NCBI GenBank assembly: GCA_963848285.1
Contig: CAWKCZ010000002.1
Span: 327,002-391,001 of the forward strand
Direction: 5' to 3'
Origin: an uncultured delta proteobacterium
GTDB taxonomy: Bacteria > Desulfobacterota > Binatia > Binatales > Binataceae
Length of the DNA: 64,000 nt
Positions 18,524-28,482 of the stretch are shown in pieces. Under the pieces are notes generated by a model. The model saw only the letters and a program-made list of their open reading frames with translations. It made no database searches and had not been told where the DNA came from. Both the position numbers and the translations under genes were made by a program. Numbering within the stretch: the first letter of the stretch is position 1; the number at the start of each line of letters is the position of its first letter.

Positions 18524-21500
18524 CAACGGAAACGGAAAACTGAACGGCAAACCGCGTCCGACTCCCCCGATGCCGCCGCTGGAGCAGGTGCTCCGCAAGC
18601 GCACCATCCTGCTGACCGGCGCGACCGGATTTCTCGGCAAGGTCTTTCTCTACCTGCTGCTCGCTGGCATCCGGAAATCGAGCGCGTCTACCTGCTGATT
18701 CGCGGCGACAAGAAATCCAGCCTCAACCGCTTTCGCCGCGAGGTTCTGGATTCGCCGGTGATGGGCCCGCTGCGCGAGCAACTCGGCGACGCGCTTCGAC
18801 AAATTCATCGAAGAGAAAGTCGTCGTCATTCCCGGAGACATCACCATCGAAGGGCTCGTCGGCGACGGCGGCGATCCGATCAAACGTGGCAGCCCTCGAT
18901 GCGGTCGTGCATTGCGCCGGGATGGTGAATTTCGAGGCGTCGCTCGAGAAGGCGATTTCCGTCAACACGCTCGGCGTCGCCAACGTCATCGAATACTGCA
19001 AGAAGCACGACGCCGCGATGATGCACGTCTCGACCTGCTATGCGGCCGGCGTCGCCGACGGGCATCGCTACGAAGACGACATCGCGGAAAACTGGTGCCC
19101 GATCGGCAAGCGCAACTTCAACCTGCAGCGCGAGATTCGCGAGGCGCTGGCCACCGTCGCGCGCATCGAGGCGGAATCGCGCGACCAGCTTCGCCAGGCG
19201 GAATTGATCCGGCGACGATCGAAATCGAAGCCAGTCAGCGACGACGAATCGCAAAATGGCGATGCTCATCCGCTCGCCGACGGACGCCGCAAGCGATGGG
19301 TCGATGAGCGCCTCAAGGAAGTCGGCAAGGCGCGCGCGCTCAGTTGGGGATGGCCCAACACTTACAGCTACACCAAGAGCCTCGGCGAGCAGTTGGTGTT
19401 TGCGGAGCGCAACAATCTCGAACGTCACCGTCGTGCGTCCCGCGGTCATCGAGAGCGCGCTCGCCGATCCGTTCCCCGGATGGAATCAGGGCGTCAACAC
19501 CAGCGCGCCGCTCACGTATCTCTCGGGGCGTGGCTATCGCTTCTATCCGGCAAGCGCCGAACTGGTGCTCGATATCATCCCGGTCGACCTCGCCGCGCAC
19601 GCGATGATTCCGATCCTCGCGGCACTGCTCACCAAGCGTCATCGCCCGGTCTACCAGCTCTGCACCTCCGATGTGAATCCGCTGCCGATGCGCCGGCTGG
19701 TCGAGCTGACCGCGCTCAGCAATCGCCGCGAGCATCGTAAGGAAGGCGGGGTGATGGCGAAGATCGGCCCGCACATCGAGTCGGTGGTCGTCTCGCAGAG
19801 CACCTACGACCTCGCGAGCGAAACGATGCCGCGCGTGATGAAGTATGCGGCCTCATTCGCACGCAGCGTGCTCGGCGAGGATTCGGCGCCCGCGCGAAAA
19901 ATTCGAAAGCACGGTCGACTGGATCGCGGAAGACATGGACCTCGCGCGCGAGATGATCGAGGTCTATCGCCCCTACATCCAGGAGCTAATTTATACATTT
20001 CCACGGCAACAACGTCCGCGAGCTGTACGCTGCACTGAAGCCGGCCGACGCCGTGCGCCATCCGTTCCGGCCCGACCAGATCGATTGGGCCGATTACTGG
20101 ATCAATGTGCATCTGCCCGGACTGCGACGGCACATTTTTCCGCAGCTCGATTTGCATACCAAGGGGCGGCCCGAATCTGCTCAAGCGCCATCGCTCGCTG
20201 GTCGCGATGCTCGACAACGCCGCCGACCGCTATGGATCGACGCGTCGCGCTGGTCGCGCGTCAGCCGTCCGGGCAGAAAACCAACCTGACCTATCGCGAG
20301 TTGCGCGACAGTGCGCATCGCGCGGCGCTGCTGCTGCTGAGCCGCGGCGTCAAGCCCGGCGATCGCGTGTTGCTCATCGGCGAGAACTCGCCGGATTGGG
20401 TGTTGGCGTTTTTCGCCATCGTATGCGCGGGCGCGGTTGCGGTTCCGCTCGATCATCAGATTTCTGCCGAGGAGCTCGCGCCGATTTGCGCGATTGCCGA
20501 GCCGACTGCTGCGCTGCGGTCGAACGCGACGGCGCAACGCCTCGAGGACGGGATCGCGGCGGACGGTCCCTGGAATCATCGAAATCGACTTCGCGGAGTT
20601 GTCGCGTCCATTCATCCTCGAAGAAAGGCGATCACCGCCGACGCCCGAGCCCGATCGCAAGGCGCTCGCCTCGATCGTCTTCACCTCGGGTACCACTGGC
20701 GCGCCCAAGGGCGTGATGCTCACGCACGGTAATTTCACCGCCGAGATCCAGATGCTCGGGCGCGTGTTCTCGCTCTCCGAGCGACGACCTGGTGCTCTCG
20801 CTGCTGCCGCTGCATCACACCTTCGAGTTCACTTGTGGGATGCTGCTGCCGATCGCGAGCGGCGCGACCATCGCCCATCCCGATCGGCGTCGATGCGAAG
20901 AATCTCTCGCGTACGCTGGCGGACCTGCGGCCCACCGCGCTCATCGGCGTGCCTGCGCTATGGGAAGCGATCCACCGCCGCATCCTCGATGAGATCGAAT
21001 CGCACGGCCCGTTCTTTCATGCCGCGTTTCAATCAGCTCCGCGAGCTCAACCAGCGGCTCATTCGCGATTCCGGGATCAATCTCGGTTCGATCATGTTTC
21101 CGCCAGGCGCATAGCGCCCTCGGCGGACGCCTGAAGCTCGCAGTTAGCGGCGGCGCCGCGCTGCCGAAACGGGTCGCGGATTTCTTCAAAGACATCGGGA
21201 TGCCGTTGCTCGAAGGCTACGGCCTTACCGAGGCGCGCCGGTGGTCAGCGTCGCGCATCCGGGCGAGACGAGCATCGCCGGTTCGGTTGGCAAACCGCTC
21301 TCGAAGCTCGAAGTCAAGCTCGCCGGCGAGGGTGAGGTCGGCGAGTTGCTGGTGCACGGCCCCAACGTAATGGAGGGCTACTATCGCAATCAGGCCGCGA
21401 CCGATGCGGTGCTGAAGGACGGCTGGCTTCACACCGGCGACCTCGGCCGCTTCGACAGCGAGGGGCGACTCTACATCGTCGGACGCGCCAAGGACGTCAT

Positions 21501-22910
21501 CGTCGATGCGGGCGGCAACAACATCTACATCGATGAGGTCGAAGAAGTTATACGCGCACAAATCCGACATCAAAGAGATGGCGGTGGTCGGGATGAAGCT
21601 GGGCGGCGGCGAGCAGCCTGCCGCGCTGGTGGTTCCGGCTTATGGGCGCGGCACCAGCCGGCGCACCCTCGAGGATCGGCTGCGCACGCATTTCGAGAAA
21701 GTCAGCGCCGTCGCTGAGCCCGCACAAGCGGATCAGGATTCTGCGCTTTACCGATCACGAATTGCCGCGCACTCGCACGCGCAAGGTCAAGCGCAACGAG
21801 GTTGTCGCGATCCTGCGCCAAATGCTCGAGGCGCGCGCCGGAGGAGACAAGCCTCCGCCAGCGCCGAGGTCGAGAAGTGGCTTGCGCATGCGATCGCGCA
21901 GGTTTCCAACGAAGCCACTCATATCACGCCCGCGACGCGACTCATCGAGGACCTTGGGCTCGACTCACTCGCGCTGGCGGAACTGGCTGAACATATCGGC
22001 GAGCATCTTGGACGCGATATCGCGGCCGAGGAGCTGGGGGATCTTCGTACCGTTGACGATCTGCAGAAGCTTGCGGCGAACAGCAAGGCTCCCGCGCGTA
22101 TTGCGATGCCCTCCTATGCGAAATTCGCGGAGCCCTTCACTCCGCATGCTTCCCGGCCCGCTGAAGAGCTCTGGGCCGCGCGCTGTTCCGCCGCGCGCAG
22201 AGCGCGGTCTTCGATTCATGGCTGAAGCCGCAAATCCTCGGACGCGGCAACATTCCCGCGAATTCGAACGTGCTGGTGGTCGCCAATCATTCGAGCCACG
22301 TCGATTTCGCGCTCATCAGTCATGCGCTCGGCGAGATGGGCAAAGGCCTGGTCGTGTTGGCCGCCAAGGATTACTTCTTCAACACGCCGACGCGGCGCTT
22401 CGTGGTCTCGAATCTCACGACGCTAATCCCGTTCGATCGCGAGCGGGCGCAACTCGAATCGCTCGACGAGGCACTGGCTGAACTTGCTGCCGGCCGCAGC
22501 GTGCTGCTGTTCCCCGAAGGAACCCGCTCGCCCGACGGCACCATGCAGGAATTCAAGAGCGGCGCCGGATATCTCGCGCTGCGCAGCGGATGCGAAGTTT
22601 TACCGATTCACATCAGCGGGCACTTATCGACGTGCTGGGCAAGGGCAAGCCTGATTCCGCGCTATCATCCAGTCGAGATGCGCATCGGGCGGGTGGTCTC
22701 AAATGCCGAACTGCGCGATCGTCGCGGAAAGCTTCCGAGGGCGCGGGTGCGTATCGTAAGGCCTCCGACTTCCTGCGCAAGACGGTCGAGGACCTCGCGC
22801 ATCCGCAAAAGCGGGCCCCTCAACGAACCTCGCGCAAACTCGCCGCGGATGCTCACGAAGCAGCGCCGGTCGAGAAAAACTCACGGGCGCGGCGCCACGC
22901 CAAGGGCTAG
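18507..22910 (+). CDS. Multidomain lipid enzyme: FAR-type NAD(P)-reductase + acyl-AMP/CoA ligase + ACP + PlsC-type acyltransferase (ElbD-like), split over ten or more frames
   Basis: Rossmann TGATGFLG at 18615..18638. YSYTK (YxxxK) at 19363..19377. AMP-binding core [11 protein letters not shown] at 20680..20712, plus [29 protein letters not shown] and [10 protein letters not shown]. Phosphopantetheine site GLDSL at 21956..21970. Acyltransferase HSSHVD (HX4D) at 22288..22305 and FPEGTRS at 22510..22530. Start is TTG 18507 or ATG 18513. End taken from ORF 22590..22910. Confidence 0.8.
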
Positions 22911-22917
22911 GCATCGG

Positions 22918-23776
22918 CTGCTGCGGTATCGACGTCATATCGCGCTGGTGTTGAGTGCGATGACGATCGCGATCGGTGCGAGATCCGCGAGTGCGTGGGA
23001 CAGCGCGACGCATCGGGCGATTGCGCGACTCGCAGTGGAGGCGCTTCCGCTCTCGCCGCTTAAAACTACACTCACACGCGACCAAACCGCATTGGAAGTG
23101 CATGCGGTTGAACCGGATTCCGTCCTCAAAAAGCGCTATGGCAAGGCCGAGGATCGTCGGCACTATATCGATTCAGAAATCTTCGGCAGCGATCCGTGGT
23201 CCGTGCTCGATCCTGATTTCGACAAAGATGCGCCGCCGTTTCGGCGAACATAAACTCGCACGCGCGGGAACCCTGCCGTGGACCATCGAAGCCGTCAGCG
23301 ATCAACTCGAGGACGCGTGGCGCCGCAACGACTGCGAGGCAGTGATCCGCCTTTCCGGCTACCTGGCGCATTACGTGGGCGATGCCAGCCAACCGCTTCA
23401 TTCGACGATCAAATACGATGGCTATCCTCGCGACCGCGGGATGCATGCGCGCATCGAGCTCGCAGTCGACCACTCGCTCGGCGAGCTTGAGCCGGTCGCC
23501 CATCAAGAGATTCACCTCGAAGATATCAACGACGTATGGACTCCGGTCATCGCCGAGATTCGTGACGCGAACGGGCTGGTCGGCAACGTCATCCGCGATG
23601 ACCGAGCGGCGCGCGACGCCGGCGACTACTCGGGGCGCGACTATCAGCGCGCGGTGATGCATGAGGACCGCGCAATGTTCGCGCATCAAATCGCGCGGGC
23701 AGCATCCGTGCTCGCGTCGATATGGCTCTATGAATGGCATCGCGCAGGCTCCCCTTCCACATGCGCGGCAAAGTAG
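22918..23776 (+). CDS. Secreted zinc-dependent phospholipase C / S1-P1 nuclease superfamily protein (one frame change; start uncertain)
   Basis: Signal-like RRHIALVLSAMTIAIGARSASA is followed by WDSATHRAIARLA (tail of ORF 22270..23253). GTLPWTI and LSGYLAHYVGDASQPLHSTIKYDG...GMHARIE (ORF 22976..23776). Confidence 0.5.
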
Positions 23777-23833
23777 CGCGATTTCCTAATGGTTCAGTAA
23801 CATCGCCATTCATGGTTAGATGACGGCAGTGGA

Positions 23834-24356
23834 TTGGTGGCAAAACCGCTCGCAGAACGAGGCACGCGCCCATCGCGCGACCGCCCCTCACTTGCCGAAA
23901 TCACCAGCCAGCTGCTCATCGGCGAATATCCCCGCCCGGACGACATCGGATGGCTGAAGGATGCCCATCGCATCACTGCGGTGCACAACCTTCAGGATGA
24001 CGACGATCTGCGGCTGCACGGCCTTGACCTTCAGGCGGTGCGCGCCGAATGCCACGCCAACGGTATTTCGTTCGTCCGCACCCCGATCCAGGACGGGAGC
24101 GCCGACGCGATGGGTGAGCGGCTGCGAGTCGCGATCGACGATCTCCATTCCCTGATTGCAGGCGGTAAGCGAGTCTATCTTCATTGCAACGCGGGACTCA
24201 ATCGCGCGCCGACGCTCGCCATCGGCTATCTGCGCGCGCACGGAAAAATGTCGCTCGACGAGGCGGTCGCGCACGTTAAGAAAGCATCGCGCGTGCGGAC
24301 CGTTCATGACGATCCTCGAAGACTACTTCGGCCCGCGTCACATCAAGCCGAAATGA
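23834..24356 (+). CDS. Dual-specificity (Cys-based) phosphatase, one frame change near the 3' end
   Basis: The HCNAGLNR CX5R active-site loop is at 24182..24205 (VYLHCNAGLNRAPTLAIGYL, ORF 23834..24547). The tail in ORF 24156..24356 ends at TGA 24354..24356. Confidence 0.75.
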
Positions 24357-25114
24357 AAGCGCGCGCGGTATCAGCTACGGCGATGGCCGAGACCAATGGC
24401 GGCCGCCTGTTTCTGCTGGTGTGCGCATGGGGTGTGCATCTGTATACCGCGCTCGGGCGCGGTCTTCGGCGTGCTGGCGATTCACTACGCCGGCATCGGC
24501 GACTATCGCGCATCGTTCATCGCGATGGCGGTAACCATCGCGATTGATTCCAGTGACGGCACACTTGCGCGTTACTTCAACGTCAAAAAACGCGTGCCCG
24601 GCTTCGATGGCGCGTTGCTCGACAACATCGTTGACTATCTGACTTACGTGGTCGCGCCGGTGTTCCTGGTGATCCGCGCCGCAATGGTTACCGGAACCGC
24701 CGGATTTGCGGTCGCGGGCTTCGTGCTGATCGCGAGCGCGTATCAATTTTGTCAGGCCGACGCCAAGACCGACGGACCACTTCTTTCTCGGATTTCCTTC
24801 GTACTGGAATCTGGTCGTTTTCTATCTGTACTGCCTGCACTGGGGAGCGACTGCCAACGGGGTGGTGCTCGTTCTCTTTCGCCGTGATGGTGTTCGTACC
24901 GATCAAGTACATTTATCCGAGCCGCACCAAACCTCTTCGCCCACTCACAGTCACGCTCGGGATAATCTGGGGAGTCATCACGATCGCGATGCTGCCTGCG
25001 CTTCCAGTGGTTAATCCGATCCTGCTCTACCTGTCGCTCTCCTACATCGCGTACTATTTCATCGCGTCGTTCGCGCTGCATGCGCGCGCGCTGACGACGC
25101 GCCCGGCCTCATGA
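24353..25114 (+). CDS. pcs: Phosphatidylcholine synthase (CDP-alcohol phosphatidyltransferase family), about 2 frame changes
   Basis: The ATG at 24353 overlaps the phosphatase stop (ATGA). CAWGVHLYTALG. CDP-alcohol motif DSSDGTLARYFNVKKRVPGFDGALLDNIVD at 24546..24635. My translation gives AKTDDHFFLGFPSYWNLVVFYLY, then VFVPIKYIYPSRT (ORF 24749..25114). Confidence 0.75.
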
Positions 25115-25122
25115 GCGAATAG

Positions 25123-25870
25123 ATAAATCCCGCGATCTCGCCGCCCGGTCCATGGCTGGAAATCCTGGAGGGTGATGCTCCGATTCTCCTGATCGCTCCG
25201 CATGGCGGCCGCGCGGGACAGGCGACCCGCGCAATGCTCAATCCCAAGGTCAATGATCTCCACACCGCCGCGATTACCCGCGAGCTGGCTGCGATGTTGA
25301 ATGCGCCTGCGCTGATCAACGCGCGCGATGGATCGCAATCATCTCGATCTCAACCGGCTTTCGCAGGTAAGCGCGAACGCTCCGTGGTTTCTCGAAATGA
25401 TTCTCGAACGCCTGGCTGCCATCGTCGCGCGCCATCGGTCATGCGACGATTCTTGTTGTCCACGGATGGAATGTTATCCAGGCGCGCGTCGATCTCGGGT
25501 CTGGGATTGCGCCGACATGGCGAGCAATTGCGGCCGCCCGGCGCCGCGCGAGTGTCAGCCTCCGATGCGTTCATCCATGGCCCGCTCGGCGACCTCGTTG
25601 CGCAACTCGGTCAGCGATGGAATCCTCGCCAGCTTCGGGCTGCGCTATCCGGGCGGTGGCGCACAAAATCTCTTGCAGGCGTTTACCGATCGCCATCTGG
25701 AAAGTCCGATTGCAGCGTTGCGCGAACTTTCCGCGATGGCAGCGCGCGATCAGATCGATGCGGTGCAATTGGAGCTTTCGGTCGCTTTGCGTATGCCGGG
25801 CGAACTTCGCCGCCGCTGCATCGCATGCGATCGGCGAGGTCTTCGGCGATGCGACGCGAGGCCTTCGACG
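25123..25870 (+). CDS. N-formylglutamate amidohydrolase-like (FGase fold) domain, several frame changes; no clear start codon
   Basis: My translation gives PILLIAPHGGRAGQATRAMLNPKVNDLHTAAITRELAAML. Then MDRNHLDLNRLSQV...TILVVHGWN and ILASFGLRYPGGGAQNLLQAF...IDAVQLELSVALRMPG (ORF 25328..26062). Confidence 0.4.
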
Positions 25871-26716
25871 AGCGCTCCGCTCGAGCGCAAACTGGTGGTC
25901 GTTCGTTCGCCGACTCCCAAAGCCTGCGACAACTCTGCAAAGCCGCCGCGGCGCCGGCCAGTGCCGACCGGGTCGGAATCGAACTTTTCGACCCTCCGCG
26001 CAAAATCGGTGCGATGGCGAGCTTCGATCTCGGTGCCGGAGGCGTCGGCGCGCGCATCATGATGCTGCTCAGCGGAGGTCGCGTCGCGCTGTTCACCGGT
26101 GAAGGCAAACCAAGACGCGACGGTAATCGCCTCAGCCTCGGTCCGCTCGCGCTCGAATCGCAGGGCGGCGAGATGTTGCTCAGCTTTCACGGACACGCGG
26201 TGATCGTGCCGGACGCGACGCATTATCTCAGCATCGAGCGCGCGCTGGCTTCCGGATGGCTCGACGAATCGATGGAGGTGGCGATTCGGTTGCGTCCCGG
26301 TAGCGCGGCAACGCCGGATTCGACCTCGAGCAACTCTTCGAGGCGAGCGACGAAAGCAAGCGCAGGCTCGGTTGCGCACTTCGGAAAGCTCAGCGGTCGG
26401 CGTGTATCGATGGGGTCGCGTCTGAAATCAGCGGCGTCGGCCGCAGCGGGTCTCTCATTCACCGGGCTCGGGTCCGCAACGCTTCAACTCGCGCAGAATG
26501 ATCTGGGCTTGCTTCGATGATGAGTCCGCGCCCGATCGCAATCGAGATGCGCTCGGTCTCGCGGCGAAGACAGGAGACAGCGCAGCGGTCGGATTTTGCG
26601 CAGCGACGGGATGGACGCCGTGCGCGGTCGATCAGCTCGAGGTCGAGCGCCGTCAGTCTCGATCGCCGCCGACTCGCCTGTCGGCGAAACTCGCGGACAC
26701 GCACGCATCATGCTGA
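25870..26716 (+). CDS. Hypothetical domain or protein, possibly fused to the FGase-like region; frames unresolved
   Basis: GIELFDPPRKIGAMASFDLGAGGVGARIMMLLSGGRVALFTGEGKPRRDGNRLSLGPLALESQGGEMLLSFHGHAVIVPDATHYLSIERALASGWLDESMEVAIRL (ORF 25234..26520) looks protein-like, but I recognise no family. Confidence 0.3.
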
Positions 26717-26967
26717 TGCGGCGCGGTCGAGAATTTCATTCCACTCTCGCGTCCCGGACCCGATGGCGCCCGAATTTTCACTGCGCTCGGTTTTGCGCGC
26801 TTCAGATTGGGCGACCTCGGAAGGCGCGGGAATGTTCGAATACTCGCGCCGGCCGAAGTGCTGCCGGATTCGATGGGCGACGATGACGCCGAAGACTGAA
26901 GCGCGCTCGGGCGAACTAGCTTTGACGCGCCGCCGACGGCGATGCGGCGCCTCGCTGGCCGGCGCGG

Positions 26968-27838
26968 CTAGCTTTGCGAATTCTCGCGGTTAGCATCGCC
27001 ATCGATTTGACGCGCCATCTCGATCAATTGCTTTCCAATCGGCGCATCGGCAAATTCGCTGACGAAAATCCGTCCGCGATCCGAAGATTCCGCAAAGCGC
27101 GGATCGAACGGCAGCCGCGCGACAATGGGAAGGTTCGGCCTCGCGCGCGATGCGGCTGCTCTCGCCCTGCGGGAAACAGCGGACGCACCGAGCGGCAGTT
27201 GTCGCATCCGAAGGCCACCATGTTTTCGATCGCACCAACGATGGGCGCGGCGATCTCCTTGTTCATATCGAGCGCATGGCGGATGGCGGCCGCGGCGCCT
27301 CCCGAGGTATGCGTTACCAGGATCACGCCGGTAGGGGTGAAGATGCCGCATCATTCGATAGCAGCTCTTCGATGCCGGGCGCGAGATCGATGATGAGCAG
27401 GTCGAGCGGTCCGAAGCGAGTCTGGCTCAGCATGCGGCGCAGTGCGGTCGAATGATTAAGTTGGATGCGGCGGCGCTTCGCAACCGGCGCGGGCGTCGAC
27501 TCCTCATCGAGGAAACTCATCGCCGGGCCGCTGCGCTTCGGTCAGCAGCTCGGCCGAGGCGACCCGAATTCCGAGCGGCGCCGGCGGCTGGCTCGATTCC
27601 CTCGCTCGAAAGGTAACGCAGCGGCGGCCTTGGTTCCGAGCATCTGCAGGATACTGGGTGCGTTGAGATCGGCGTCCATGATGCCGACTTTCTTGCCCGC
27701 GTGCGCCAGCGCGCCCGCGATATTCACCGCGAGCAGGCTTTTGCCGGTACCGCCCTTGGCGCTCGCAAGCACGAGCGTAGCCTTGACCGAGGCGAGATTT
27801 CGCAGGAATCGACTCCGGGTCGTGGTGCGGTTTTTCAC
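26968..27838 (-). CDS. Mrp/NBP35 (ApbC)-type P-loop ATPase, at least 3 frame changes
   Basis: LASAKGGTGKSLLAVNIAGALAHAGKKVGIMDADLNAPS is the deviant Walker A (ORF 27542..27838). LDLLIIDLAPG (ORF 27323..27520). GAIENMVAFGCDNC is the CxxC motif (ORF 27024..27326). LPFDPRF...IGKQLIEMARQI (ORF 26968..27354). Confidence 0.7.
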
Positions 27839-27933
27839 CCGTGCCGTTGCTGGCCGTGTTCCTCGAATTCGCTAAAAACCCTCATCAAGTCGATACGCTG
27901 CTTTTCGAAACGAGCGCCCCATGCAAACAGAAA

Positions 27934-27952
27934 TGCCGGATGCGTTCCGGCA
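27934..27952 (-). terminator. Candidate intrinsic terminator downstream of the DksA-like gene
   Basis: The minus strand reads TGCCGGAacgcaTCCGGCA followed by TTTCTGTTT. Confidence 0.5.
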
Positions 27953-28000
27953 CTTTGATAGGATGCCGTGTTTGGGCGCTAGGGTAAAGGTCGTCCGCGC

Positions 28001-28454
28001 TCACATGTTCTCTTCGTCGCCGTCGGTCGAGCCGACCTTGCGATACCCGCGGTCTTCGCTGTCGTAGTTGCGTTGCGATTTGGCTTCGCGCTCGCGATCC
28101 TGCTGGCAGTCGCGGCAAACGCGCGTGAACGGAAGCGCATCGAGGCGTTCTTCGCCGATTTCCAACCCGCACGATTCGCAAATGCCATAGCTCCCGTCGG
28201 CCAGCCGCGCCAGCGCATCATCGATTTCCTTGATCTTCGCGCGCTCGCGATCCGACAGGATGAAGTTGATCTCGCGGTCGCGCTCTTCGGAGGCGAGGTC
28301 GTAGGCGTCCATGCCCTCGTCCTTGTTGCCCTCGCGCTGCGCCTTTTGCTCGGTATCCATTTCCTCGAGCAGCTTGCGATTTGGTCTCGAGCATTTGCGC
28401 GCGAACCTTGTTGAGAAATTGGTTGCGGCTCACGTCAGCAGCTTTCTTAGGCAT
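28001..28454 (-). CDS. DksA/TraR-family C4 zinc-finger protein (one frame change)
   Basis: MPKKAADVSRNQFLNKVRAQMLE (ORF 28218..28508). ERAKIKEIDDALARLADGSYGICESCGLEIGEERLDALPFTRVCRDCQ carries the CxxC-N17-CxxC finger (ORF 28001..28360). Confidence 0.8.
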
Positions 28455-28482
28455 GATTGGCCACTCTCTTCTCGATATCCGC

